From a virus (Duplodnaviria > Caudoviricetes), in IMG/VR virus record IMGVR_UViG_2921473944_000001, positions 15,954-79,953 of that record: 64,000 nucleotides of DNA; one strand, written 5' to 3'. Below, piece after piece: positions 27,544 to 38,557 of this stretch. The number at the start of each line of letters is the position of its first letter. Position 1 is the first letter of the stretch. Under the pieces are notes generated by a model, which was given only the letters and a program-made list of their open reading frames with translations, was not told where the DNA came from and did no database searches. Position numbers and translations under genes: made by a program.

Positions 27544-28653
27544 TTATAAACTACCACTTGCGTTTGACAACCATGGGTCAGCACTCGGCAGCTTTGCCGT
27601 ATATTTTTTCACAAACTCATCTGGTGCAATACGAACCGGACTCTCAACAGTATCAACATTAGCTGCATATGTTTCCGACTCGACATCCATCATATCAAAT
27701 AACCAATCTGTAATAATATCCATAGCCCATGAAATATCAAATGTGCTACCAGCAGCTTTTGGATGACCACCGCCTCCGTAATTATGAGCAATTTCAGTAC
27801 CAAGATTAATATTGTCTCGAATTGTACGATAGCTAACCCTGCCACGTGAAATATCAATCATAGCAATGTAGGCAAACTCAGGATGTATCTCACACAGACG
27901 ATTACCGAGCTCACTAAAATACCGTTCAGCAAATATAACACCATATGTATTACCCCACTGGTCTGTTTTAACTGTAATCTGTCTCTCCTTTTGCTCTACA
28001 TAAATATCAATGTCTTTCTGTTTCTGTTCAAGTAAGAGTGTATCAGTTTCTGAGAACCACTCGTCTTGATGTAATGGCGAAGTACCAAACATGATACGCT
28101 TCATAGCCAGCTCAATGAATTTATCTCTACCATAAATATGAAAGAGATCGTTCATCTGCTTACTAACAAGTCCGTCTTCTCCTAATTCTTTCCAACGCCA
28201 AGTATCATAGTCTCGAACTATAGACACGAAACGAGATATTTTATTTTGAGTTGTCTGATCGTACGTAAGACTTAAACTATTACTCACATATAAATAGAAC
28301 AATTCAGTACCACTAGTCTTTACAGCATCTAAATATTCATATACAGTACACCAAAAGTAGTTATCCAATCTAAGAGCAGTTCCATGATGGTCAAATAAAC
28401 GTACTGTTCTCTCAACCTTATCTAAACAGTCAATCATACTAGCTACCTGATCGGAGACCGAAATATCAGTAATGAAAATCGAATCGTAACTCCTGTACAG
28501 ATCTTCGTTTTCCATGAATGCTTCTACTTTATCATCCACATCGTCATAGTTACAATACTCAACATCAACATTCTCTTTACCAAATGCCAAATACGCTAAA
28601 ACAGCACATCCGATACCGTCAAGATCGATATGTGTGAATATTTTAATTTTCAT
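27544..28653 (-). CDS. DHH/DHHA1 phosphoesterase (NrnB-like oligoribonuclease)
   Basis: THIDLDG, ITD, FDHH, SGT, GGGGHPKAAG motifs. Confidence 0.88.
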   Translation of the reverse strand: MKIKIFTHIDLDGIGCAVLAYLAFGKENVDVEYCNYDDVDDKVEAFMENEDLYRSYDSIFITDISVSDQVASMIDCLDKVERTVRLFDHHGTALRLDNYFWCTVYEYLDAVKTSGTELFYLYVSNSLSLTYDQTTQNKISRFVSIVRDYDTWRWKELGEDGLVSKQMNDLFHIYGRDKFIELAMKRIMFGTSPLHQDEWFSETDTLLLEQKQKDIDIYVEQKERQITVKTDQWGNTYGVIFAERYFSELGNRLCEIHPEFAYIAMIDISRGRVSYRTIRDNINLGTEIAHNYGGGGHPKAAGSTFDISWAMDIITDWLFDMMDVESETYAANVDTVESPVRIAPDEFVKKYTAKLPSADPWLSNASGSL

Positions 28654-28668
28654 AGATTTAAATCTCCT

Positions 28669-31600
28669 TTATTTGTAATATAAGTCACGCTCTTCCAAAG
28701 TGTTAAAGTGTGGAGGATTATCGTAACTAGTACTGCCACCCTCGTTTTTCGTCTTTTTAGGTCTACCTACTTTTTTCTTAGCTGGTTTTGAATCAGCATA
28801 TGACTCCCGAATATCAGAAACCTCTCTTTGTAATGCCTTGACCGTATTGTTAAAATTCTCCCGAATATCTTCATAAGACATCTCCATCCATTCTTTTCTC
28901 TGAGCACACTCTTCAGGACTTCCGCATCTCGCATACTGTCTATACTCAAATAGTAAATTCTCCAATGCCTTCTTTCTTTTTACATCAGACAGACTACTAC
29001 AAAGTTCTTCTACAATTTCTAATTCTTTTATTGTTAACATAATATTAATTCTCCTTTTATCTTACTTTTTTGATATATATAGATGAATATCTGAGTCGTT
29101 TCCAACAGTTTTGAACTTATATACTCTGGATTGTAAAATATCGTCTGATAATGCTTCCATAGCAACAATAGCTCTTGCTGAGAAACGACCACATGGCTCA
29201 TAGACATGAATTGTGATATTCTGCCTCTCATCGAGAATTTTCAAAACGTCAATAAGTTTAAAACGACCATTCTCCATCACCTTTTCGTTTTTCTCAATAT
29301 ATTCCTCTACATTTGCAAACACAGCTAATGGGTCTAAATCAGTTTTAGAATAATACCATAAAACATTATAATAAGGGATTCCTTCCTCAGCCGCACATTT
29401 AATCTTCCTGATAGCCGTGCCATCGTCATCAAATAGTTTTAAATAACTAGTACCAGGCTCGTAAAAATCACCGTCAAAATATGCCTCTCTATGATATAGA
29501 ATAGCTTTGTATTCCTTAACTGTAGTTTTGCCACTTCTAACATAAGCCCATACACTTCCCATACATTTCATAATATTAATACCTCCTTACATTTCATAAT
29601 ATATACACCAACATGTAACATATCGTAAGAATCAAAATCATCCAGTACTCCCAGTTGAGAATACCATACCCCATATGATTTAATATAAGACCTTCACCTA
29701 ACATAATCAGTGCGCTAATAATAAGTCTAAGAAACTGTCCCATTACTAATACTCTCCTCTATCAACTGCATTTTCAAAAGGTTCGTAAAAGTAGTCTTTC
29801 TTCTCTGCAGTGCTTCTTCCAACTTATTAATCTTCTCATTCTCATCTTCCATGAAAATATCAATAGCTTTAACCTTGTCTGCTTTTGGGAACCACACATT
29901 ATGGTTATACAGAACACCTGGCTTCGGATCGCAAGTCAGTACACGAAGAATCTTTCCATCGTCATTAATAATTCTAAATATAGCCTTATATTTACCCCGT
30001 ACCTGTAAATCCCCTTCATACTCATAGAGCTTTCCTCTGTAAAAATTGTATAAATATACTTTCATAAATATCGATCCTCCTCTATATTCTTACACCGCTT
30101 CCTGGTACGTTTTGTGAAATACATATGATGTTTCATTCGACAATCTTTCTTATCCGCGCCATTATGTAAATACGAGTTTCTTGCTTTTCTCTTTTTATTT
30201 TCACTTGCCATTAATCATATTCCTCAAGTTCCTCTGCTTTGAATTTAGACACCGCATCATATATAAGTTTCTTAATAGCTTCATGATTGTCAATAGAAAA
30301 CCTATCTGGTAATGAAACAGTCCCGTGATATATCTTTTCATCGAAATTGCTATAAGATTTAACATTTGTTCTAACCAGGCGACTACTATATATAATTTCA
30401 CGTGACGTTACACCGATACTATCACGCATACTGAATCTAACACCACGATTTATTTTAACATGCGCTAATTCTTTACCATTACAAATAGGATATTCTTCAA
30501 TACGCATTTCTTCCAAGTCAGCCCCTTGATGCAAACAAACATAACGTTCAGCGTCTTCCCGATTTATACATATCGTTTCAATATGATAGTCTGAATACTC
30601 ACCAGCAGTCACTACATATATTTTATCTAACTTATTCATACTGTACACTCACTTTCACACCAGACATGTCTTTAATAGCTTCATCGATTATCAATTTAGC
30701 TGCTTCCTTCTGACAATCGTTTGATAGAAAATCGAGATTGACATTGATATACTCTTTTCTGCAAGTTAAAATTATGCTGATTATTTTGTACATCTCATTT
30801 TTCTGATTTACACTAAACGTATCGCATATCATCGGTATAGTCATAATACTCTCCTTTTCTCACGCTTCCTCTAATTCGCCAAATATTTTTTCATAAGCAT
30901 TAATGTCATATTTAAGTAACATACATTTAGCTGTTTCTTCGTCAATAACAAGAGCATCACCTAGTTTAAATACAATAAGCCAGCGTCCCTTTATTGATTT
31001 ATATAATTTTACATTCACTGAGCGTTCGAATGTACTTAAAGCATACATACACTTAGTAGATATACAATCCATTTTATCAGTATCGTATTTCAGACCATTA
31101 TACACATAAACCATAATAAAATTACTCCTCTACAATATCTTCTATAGTGATAATACGTGACTGCAGAATATCACTCAAACTTTCATCATGCTCAACTTTA
31201 TGTTTAGCTACCATGTAATTGCAATAAAATGACGGAGAATGCATAATCCCAAGCAACACAAGAAACTTATACAGCTTACTATTAACACACTTCTTATTCC
31301 AATGTTTCCATACTTTTAATCTTAATAACATTGTCTTACCCTTTTCTTTCTACGATCTCCTTATATGCAGTAACATCCCAGTTATTACCATCTCCTGACC
31401 AATCTAACAACCATCGAATTTCGTCGATAGTCAATTTCAGAACATATTGTTTGATAAATATATGCATAGGTAAATCATTCTGAAAATACCGATAGCGACA
31501 TCTATATAAAACATCATCTCTAAGATTCGCCATATTTAATTCTGATGTACTAGGTCTACCACGTTTGCTTTCCATAAACTCATTTCTCCTCTCTAGTAGA

Positions 31601-32004
31601 TACAATCACACTAAGTTTACAGTCATAATTACTCCCACGGACCTCCTTAACTTCAAGACTCCGAAAATCTAAAGCAAGATATTTGAGAGCATATAGTGGT
31701 CTAATAGTACCAATAGGATTAAGACGATCGTTGAGATATAAATCTACCTCTATATCTGGTCCTGCTACTATCAAAACATCATTAAGCGTCATAATTATTT
31801 CTCCTCTCCGTTTATTACCACGACAATAGCGTTAGACGCTTCCGAAGCTTTGATATTAAGTACCTTAGCCTCAATCGTGTATATATTAAAACATTTAAGT
31901 GCATATAAAGGTTTTATAGCACAAATGTAATGTGAATCATCATTCTCGTACAACTCTATAGTGACCTCAGGATCTGTCACCGTTAAAACATTATCAAGCG
32001 TCAT
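28669..32004 (-). other. Operon of about 12 small hypothetical proteins incl. tandem paralogs 31580..31792 and 31795..32004
   Basis: Contiguous minus-strand ORFs; includes unlisted short ORFs of about 50 aa at 29590-29743 (membrane) and 30064-30210 (basic). Confidence 0.6.
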
Positions 32005-32079
32005 AATTATTTCTCCTCCTTATACTTTCATTACAAAAATAAAAGAGCCTAAGTCAATCAAGACCTAAGCCCCATCGGT

Positions 32080-32460
32080 TTAGATTTCGTCCAAGATAAT
32101 TCCCTGTGGTTTGAAGTCTAACAAATATACAAAACTCTCGCCCTGACGATATATCGTATAAATATCACCTACAGTCATTCCTTCTTTATAAATCCAACCC
32201 ACTAACTGTCCATTCTTTGTTCTCGAAAAACCCAGCATATCGTAAGCTTCGTTCAAGAATAAATATCCTCTAGTCGCCAACAAATCATACATATATTTTC
32301 GTTGGTTATTTAAAGTAAACCTATTCATGACGTTGTCTTTCGTCCATAACTGGTTATTCTCGTCAAAAAATCTACTATAGTTGTCCTCCTCAAGCTGAAT
32401 GACTACACTATCAGTACCAACGTTATCGCCAGACATAAGCTCTCTCAATTCATTTTTCAT
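32080..32460 (-). CDS. Stand-alone C-terminal domain of the DUF6353-like family (own cassette)
   Basis: RGYLFLNEAYDMLG..GQLVGW matches QGYLFLNDVYEMLG..GQTIGW of 58683..59606; promoter 32495, terminator 32035. Confidence 0.7.
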   Translation of the reverse strand: MKNELRELMSGDNVGTDSVVIQLEEDNYSRFFDENNQLWTKDNVMNRFTLNNQRKYMYDLLATRGYLFLNEAYDMLGFSRTKNGQLVGWIYKEGMTVGDIYTIYRQGESFVYLLDFKPQGIILDEI

Positions 32461-32512
32461 AATTCATTACTCCTTTCGTGACTACAAATCTTTTACCATA
32501 ACAGAATATGAT

Positions 32513-32710
32513 TTATTCGCGTCTACCGCGTACGGTTCTTTTATACTCTTTGCTCATTAGATCAACAAAAATATCAGAGCGAGTACGCCCTGTCTTAGCA
32601 CTCAACTCTGATAACATAGCTGCCTCTTCATCATTTAACCGAATCCGAATACCTTTTCGCTTAGCGTTCACTTTTGGCGGTCTACCTCGCTTTTTAATCA
32701 AAACTATCAA
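32513..32710 (-). CDS. Ribbon-helix-helix DNA-binding protein with RGRP motif
   Basis: KKRGRPPK..IRIRLNDEE..ML..L...GRTRSDIF. Confidence 0.7.
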   Translation of the reverse strand: MIVLIKKRGRPPKVNAKRKGIRIRLNDEEAAMLSELSAKTGRTRSDIFVDLMSKEYKRTVRGRRE

Positions 32711-33419
32711 CTCTCCTTATCTTCTTCTATTCTACGTCCAGCCCCATAGCAATCCTGTAAGTATCTTCTATATACAGCTGCCATATCATCACGAGCTCGT
32801 CTCATAGCTTCAGCCATTTGCTTATCATAATAGGTATTCTTCATTGTCATTTTGTTATGATAGAAATCTATAACAACAGCATCATCCATAAGTGGGTAAC
32901 TCTCTCCTATAAATATTTCCATATCGCCATAACCAGCATTCGATATCTGAGCAAGTAAATTACGCAATGAATCAACCGTAAATTGTTTTCCCATAAAGAT
33001 CAGTCCTCCTCTTCTCTGCATACTGGACTATCAATATCCCTTTTCTTGTAGACGTCACCTGTGGAGTTAACCCCATAGTTAGTTTCTTCATGACAACGCT
33101 TTAAGAACTCTGCTTTTTCATCAGTATTAAGGTCGTAGATTCGATTAAGAAAGTCATCTGTAGGCATATCGATACGCTTGTGTATAAACATATAATTTTG
33201 AAGCCTATCCTCACGAATAAGCGGCTCGTTGGATATATGTAAGAAATCAAAAAGTTCATGTACGCAATCGTTGCACAGATCGAAACATCTACCTGTAATG
33301 TTCCTATATGCACTATCTAGTTTAATATAGTCGACGGTCTCACCTTCATAGCGCAACGATGTGTTTTTATTCCTAATATAATATTTACCACATCTATCGC
33401 ATTTCTTAGCATCACTCAT
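32707..33419 (-). other. Two hypothetical proteins (32707..33021, 33000..33419)
   Basis: Overlapping ORFs; the second has CDRC..CNDC. Confidence 0.6.
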
Positions 33420-33465
33420 AATTCTTTACCTCCTAAAATTAATACAAAAGAAAAGAGACCCTAAA

Positions 33466-33687
33466 TTAGAGTCTCACCTCGCGCATCTGCTTAGCGATTT
33501 TTAATTTGCGTCGCCTTTCTTTTTCGATTTTTACCTGAATCTGATATACTTTATATGATACAAACATAATGACAAATTCCATGACCATAATATCTTTCGG
33601 TACATCAATGCCAAATAAGCATAATATAAGTCCTAATATCATAAGCACCATCATTGCCATTGTTGTTATATCCATTAATTTTTTCAT
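33466..33687 (-). CDS. Small membrane protein (own cassette)
   Basis: Two hydrophobic segments; start refined to 33687 behind promoter 33709. Confidence 0.6.
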   Translation of the reverse strand: MKKLMDITTMAMMVLMILGLILCLFGIDVPKDIMVMEFVIMFVSYKVYQIQVKIEKERRRKLKIAKQMREVRL

Positions 33688-33805
33688 AATCAATACCTCC
33701 TTAATCTTTCTATAACAGCCCAAGAAAGATTCGCGAATTAATGTGCCTATTTTCAGCTTTCGCATTTACTGTATACACAATAAATATAAAAAGAAGAGCC
33801 TAACA

Positions 33806-34012
33806 TTAAGTCAAGCTCATCATTTTCTCAAGCTGAGGAGCGATTTGTTTATATAACCCTTCGCTCATCAAATATTCGTTACACTCGGTACCAAATACAT
33901 CACTCCGCCTACACATTACACTAGTCGGATTAACACCAACACTCTGTAAAATATTTATAAAGCCCTGCTCTGTTTTTGTACCAGGTTTCACTATAAATTT
34001 TCTGATCCCCAT
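33806..34012 (-). CDS. Hypothetical protein (own cassette)
   Basis: Promoter 34037, RBS AAGGAGG, terminator 33787. Confidence 0.6.
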   Translation of the reverse strand: MGIRKFIVKPGTKTEQGFINILQSVGVNPTSVMCRRSDVFGTECNEYLMSEGLYKQIAPQLEKMMSLT

Positions 34013-34487
34013 AAATATCAATCCTCCTTTTACTTTTCTATAAGAGGACCAGAATATATCGCGAATCATTTATCCGGTTTCCACTCCATTGGTTTATGCG
34101 AAATTTCACCCAATGGTTCACGGATACACCCAAGACATGGTCTCTTATCAGCAGGCATCCAATAATACTTACACGTCTTGCAGTACAATCCGAAATATAA
34201 TTCTTTTACATCATTCTCCACCAGAACTCATCTCCTGTTCCGTATAATTGCGATGAAGTAATGCAATCTTAAAAGCAACATAATCTCGAGAATTCTCATC
34301 TGGTAAATATCCAGCTAATAATCCTTTTACCTCTGCTTCGAATTTTGTATCCAATTCTTCTTTTGTTTCTGACATGCTCATTTTGTCTCTCCTTTTTTCT
34401 AGGTCTTAACACATGCTCGTAGTTATATGTGTCTCGACCATACCAATTTTCTTCATACATCATATATCACGTCTCGCTCATGTAATA

Positions 34488-34525
34488 ATAAAAAATCCCA
34501 CAAGCCTATAACAGACTCATGGGAA
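34488..34525 (-). terminator. Terminator closing the toxin-immunity-like module
   Basis: CCCATGAGTCT-GTTAT-AGGCTTGTGGG followed by ATTTTTT. Confidence 0.65.
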
Positions 34526-34534
34526 CACCACTAA

Positions 34535-34765
34535 TTAAATACTGTAAACACTTATTATCTCAGTTGCTTTAAATTCAATCGGATTGATGAACTTTTTACC
34601 ATCGTCAAGTCTGAGAAGATCGGTAAGAATAATCGCTTCGATTTCTTCCGGTACATTATCCTCAGCATCGATATATTCGTCTACAATACCTTCGTATGTA
34701 ATATCATCAATGTCAACGATTCTTACCTTTGAACCTACTAGCTTTTTTAAATTAATCATATGCAC
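34535..34765 (-). CDS. Small acidic beta-rich protein (orphan immunity-like)
   Basis: GSKVRIVDIDDITYEGIVDEY; follows the immunity-like gene. Confidence 0.55.
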   Translation of the reverse strand: MHMINLKKLVGSKVRIVDIDDITYEGIVDEYIDAEDNVPEEIEAIILTDLLRLDDGKKFINPIEFKATEIISVYSI

Positions 34766-34767
34766 GT

Positions 34768-34935
34768 CTACCTCAACACTTTTGAAATATCACCATCTCG
34801 TATTGTTATAGTATCCCAATCAGGTCCTGGTAGTTCAACATCAATTAAATATGCTACCCCAGGTTCTAATATTTCAACTACAACACCGTGACGTCCGTCT
34901 TTTAGAATTACTTTATCATATAATTTTACAATCAT
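34768..34935 (-). CDS. 55-aa DUF4926-like putative immunity protein
   Basis: Not in ORF track. MIVKLYDKVILKDGRHGVVVEILEPGVAYLIDVELPGPDWDTITIRDGDISKVLR; ATGA overlap with the upstream stop; GAGGTG RBS. Confidence 0.65.
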   Translation of the reverse strand: MIVKLYDKVILKDGRHGVVVEILEPGVAYLIDVELPGPDWDTITIRDGDISKVLR

Positions 34936-35909
34936 TTCGACACCTCTTTCTTTGTTACATAAGCACTCGTTAATTTTACACTAGCTCCGTTCTTTTCTTG
35001 AATCCAAGCAGTGCATACGTTTGCCGTTTTTCCATTTGGACCGTTTAAATTCATCACCTGCTGATACCGCATTCCATACCCGTCATCACCTTTTTCTTCC
35101 AATTTACGTGAATCGAAATTATCAGAAATATTAGCCATGAGATCTTTATAATTATCTAATGTATATCCTAAAGCCACCTCGAACGCGTGTGCTTTGTCTG
35201 GTGCTTTATTTGGATTCAAAGCATATTGTGTAAACTTTTCTTCTGCCATATTGACCCTTTTAATTTTAGTGATCCTATCCGACGAACTATTTGTGTTTAA
35301 AATCACCTCATTATGATCAATAGGATAAGGTGGTCCGTTCTTTACACCCCACTTCATTCCTTTTACACCACTATGCTCGATATCTTTGTCGTTGTCAAGT
35401 TCATTTAACACTTTTCTAATATTCTCCAAAATAAACTCAACAGACTTTCTGGTCTTTCTGCTCAATTTCATATATGGACCATTTTTATCATACCAGTCAA
35501 ATATCTCATACAAATTTTCAGATCGCCAACTGAATGACCACCAATCACAAATCATTTCGAGAATATAGTTTTCTGGCATATCTATGATCGTCTCAGCTTC
35601 GTCCGGATCGTCATGATTCAGAATCCAATACTGCCAGTGATGAGGGTTACGATGAATATGAAGCAGCCAAGCATATTCATAATCCTGAATAACCTGATAT
35701 GATCTATTCTTACCATAGAAATATTCATCATACGGCTCGTACTCATCTTCATTATTTTTACTACGATCATGATCAAAACAAATCTGCTGCGTTAATCTCA
35801 ACTCCTGATCGACTGGCACAAGAGAAGGTATTCTATCATGAATGAACTTAAACGCTTTCTTCACGCCATCTCTATGATCCTGCAAATATAAATCATACTC
35901 TCTGCTCAT
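34932..35909 (-). CDS. Fusion: DUF5662-like HD hydrolase + HSGVKGMKWG motif + DUF6883-like putative RNase toxin domain
   Basis: H..HDRSK..HIHRNPHH..EMICDW (HD fold); EHSGVKGMKWGVKNGPPYP; KFTQYALNP..KAHAF..ALGY..YGMRY..TAW..KLTSAYV. Confidence 0.7.
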   Translation of the reverse strand: MSREYDLYLQDHRDGVKKAFKFIHDRIPSLVPVDQELRLTQQICFDHDRSKNNEDEYEPYDEYFYGKNRSYQVIQDYEYAWLLHIHRNPHHWQYWILNHDDPDEAETIIDMPENYILEMICDWWSFSWRSENLYEIFDWYDKNGPYMKLSRKTRKSVEFILENIRKVLNELDNDKDIEHSGVKGMKWGVKNGPPYPIDHNEVILNTNSSSDRITKIKRVNMAEEKFTQYALNPNKAPDKAHAFEVALGYTLDNYKDLMANISDNFDSRKLEEKGDDGYGMRYQQVMNLNGPNGKTANVCTAWIQEKNGASVKLTSAYVTKKEVSK

Positions 35910-36264
35910 TTAACATCTTCTCCCTTTTCTCTTTAGCTTCTGCGTGCTTTAAGTTATCATCTTCTCTCTTCAATTTCACTTCAACAGCACGTAACACATC
36001 ACTTTCGCTAATATGAAAAATGGACTTAAGGAATTCGAGACAAATATATGCATCCGCTATCTCTTCCAAAAGTCCAATCTTATCGTCATAGCCACGAATA
36101 TGTTTGCTTACTTCCTGCTGCAGTTCTGCAAATTCTTCCATCGCAATAGTACATTTAGTTTTCCAATTACAACTCTTTAGACTTCTTCCAATAATATTCT
36201 TACGCTGCTTCTTGGAATAATGAGGAGCGTCTTTCAGCCCATTTACAAATCTTTCCCTATTCAT
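35893..36264 (-). CDS. MazG-like nucleotide pyrophosphohydrolase
   Basis: EEFAELQQEVSK..LLEEIADAYI. Confidence 0.75.
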   Translation of the reverse strand: MNRERFVNGLKDAPHYSKKQRKNIIGRSLKSCNWKTKCTIAMEEFAELQQEVSKHIRGYDDKIGLLEEIADAYICLEFLKSIFHISESDVLRAVEVKLKREDDNLKHAEAKEKREKMLNEQRV

Positions 36265-37009
36265 TTCTTATCTCCTGTCTTTTTATTATTTCTTTATATT
36301 CTTCTACCCATTCGTCCGGTATTGGCTCATCAACCAATGCGTAACGACGCATAGCTTCGAAAAGACTATCTTTTCTGTAATTATCACACATGAATTCCCA
36401 TAAAACTCTAGGTATCACCCCTAATGGTGGTTTTGTTACACTCATCTCATATCTCCTTTAAACTTGCTCCAAATATAACACCATGGTAGTTTTTTCCAAG
36501 CTACCACATCATACCGCTCACAGTAAATATCAGTGAATACACGGTAATCCTCGATCGGTGCTTTACCAGACTCATACACTTTGTACCCGTCAAACACAGT
36601 CTGTCTTGTATCATTAATCCATCTCCGATCCCATTTACGAAAATATAAGTACAGGACTTTCGGCTCGTTCACTCCATACCCGTCCTGTACAGTACAAAGA
36701 TACCAACCGTCTTTTCTTGGTTTGAAGAAACAGTATGGTCTCCAAAAGTTAAATATCAATGTTCTTACCTCCAATCAGTATATTAATCGTATTTAATACA
36801 GATTCTTCGTTCCATATAGCTACTACACGGTTACATAATAGCTCATCAGACAGCGAACCTATAAGATAACCTTGCGCGATACACATGATTTCATCGCCAT
36901 CCTCATTTATCAGTCTGACATCATTTGCATTAATAAGTGGTAAGATATCACGCAGTAGTATATCTGTGACGATCTTAAGCCCTGTTTTTGTACATTCAAT
37001 ATAACTCAT
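36257..37009 (-). other. Three hypothetical proteins (36257..36445, 36442..36774, 36749..37009)
   Basis: Overlapping minus-strand ORFs. Confidence 0.55.
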
Positions 37010-37021
37010 CGTTCCCCTCTT

Positions 37022-37345
37022 CTAATCGAATTCGTAGTCTTCTGATTCATTTTGGTAAATCATGATCTTGATTGGCTTGCCATTGCTACCGTCACTCTCA
37101 ATGTGAATGATACCATTGAATTGCAAATAGTTATTGCCATCCGGATCGACCATTGTAAGACTCCCATCTTCTCTTTTATCTGACACTGAAATATTAATCG
37201 GCTCCAATGATTCTGCTTTCTTTTCACTTCCACTGCAGCCTGCCAATCCAAGCGTAGCTGTAAATATAAATAATCCTGCTATAAACTTAGTCTTCATTCT
37301 CCTACTCCCTTTAAACATTTGATATAATATCAGTACGGTCTTCAA
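37022..37345 (-). CDS. Putative lipoprotein
   Basis: Signal peptide and lipobox LAGC. Confidence 0.65.
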   Translation of the reverse strand: MKTVLILYQMFKGSRRMKTKFIAGLFIFTATLGLAGCSGSEKKAESLEPINISVSDKREDGSLTMVDPDGNNYLQFNGIIHIESDGSNGKPIKIMIYQNESEDYEFD

Positions 37346-37447
37346 AAGTTAAATATCAATCCTATAACCTACTTTTTAAAATAAAAGAGAAAAGACCCAG
37401 CTAAATTTAGCCGAGCCCTTACTCTAATTAGCGACTATAATCAAATA

Positions 37448-37636
37448 TCAATCACCCGTATAGTTCCACAAGTTTCCATAAAATTCTCGTGCTCCCTTAT
37501 ATTAGTCGTCGGTAATCAATCCATCATCCCTCGCTTTACCGAAAGCTTCTGCAAACGACATCTGCACAGGATAAGGATTATACATACCTTCGAATTTGTT
37601 ATAAAGCTCGTTCCATTCCATTCTTGTCTTTGTCAT
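37448..37636 (-). pseudogene. Small cassette gene with internal TAA (37502-37504)
   Basis: MTKTRMEWNELYNKFEGMYNPYPVQMSFAEAFGKARDDGLITDD*YKGAREFYGNLWNYTGD*; RBS and promoter upstream, terminator downstream. Confidence 0.6.
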
Positions 37637-37988
37637 ACTTTTAATCTCCTTTCTTACTATTAGTCATAAAGGAACAGTTTTTATCGCGTAAAAAGAAAAA
37701 GACCCAGATGTCACTCTGAGTCCATCCTCTTAATTATTTATAATATCCAATAAGTTTCAACAAGTTTCAAACATATCTATTACCTGCCTATGTGTTAAGT
37801 ACCCATAATAAGCACATATTTTATAAACGAAATCAGATCGTCTATTAAATTCTGTCATATCATAATGATACTTTATCGCATTTAAACTATATAAATAGCT
37901 TTTAACTTCTTGCATTGCTATCATATAAATCACCCCTTTCTATAATAGGAGCTGTAATGTTCGCGTAGAAAGAGGAAAGACCCAGACG

Positions 37989-38285
37989 TTACTCTGAGTC
38001 TTTTAGTATTTCGATGATGTTTTCTAGGTCCACAATTTCTTGCTTCATCCGTTCTAACTGCACTTCTAGCGAATGTAATTTAGTGTTCAAGTCTAAGTTA
38101 TCGCCACACGATTTCTTATATTTGGGATGTTCGTTCATGAATATATTCAAATTATACTCCTGAATAATATACCCATCTTTTTTAGAATTCTTGTCTGCTT
38201 TAAGCGCCCCATTTCTACACCATCTTCGTACTTGCTCTTCCGTTACATTTAGAAAACACGCAATATCTTTTACTTTGTAAACCAT
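37989..38285 (-). CDS. HTH_17/MerR-like DNA-binding protein with coiled coil (own cassette)
   Basis: YKVKDIACFLNVTEEQVRRWCRNGALKA. Confidence 0.75.
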   Translation of the reverse strand: MVYKVKDIACFLNVTEEQVRRWCRNGALKADKNSKKDGYIIQEYNLNIFMNEHPKYKKSCGDNLDLNTKLHSLEVQLERMKQEIVDLENIIEILKDSE

Positions 38286-38347
38286 AAAATATCACTCCTT
38301 TCATTAAAGGAACAGTTTTTATCGCGTAGAAAGAAAAGGTCTAGTTA

Positions 38348-38557
38348 TTAGACCAGTTCTTCCAATTGTTTAATTGCCCTCTCATACCGTCTGGTGAACT
38401 CACCAAATGTGAGAGTATCAGCCTCCGTATTAATAAGCTCATAATACTCGAGAGCGTCCTCTGCGAACGAGATAATATCTAATACCCGATCATCACAGTG
38501 TTCAGCCAACTCTCTGTACTCACGACTTATTTTCTCTACGTCTTCAATACTTAACAT
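38348..38557 (-). CDS. Hypothetical protein (own cassette)
   Basis: Promoter 38574, RBS GGAAGGTG, hairpin at 38328-38360. Confidence 0.6.
   Translation of the reverse strand: MLSIEDVEKISREYRELAEHCDDRVLDIISFAEDALEYYELINTEADTLTFGEFTRRYERAIKQLEELV

Noticed and set aside
29590-29743. Apparent frameshifted membrane gene
   Set aside because: Careful retranslation gives an intact ORF of about 50 aa (MGQFLRLIISALIMLGEGLILNH...)
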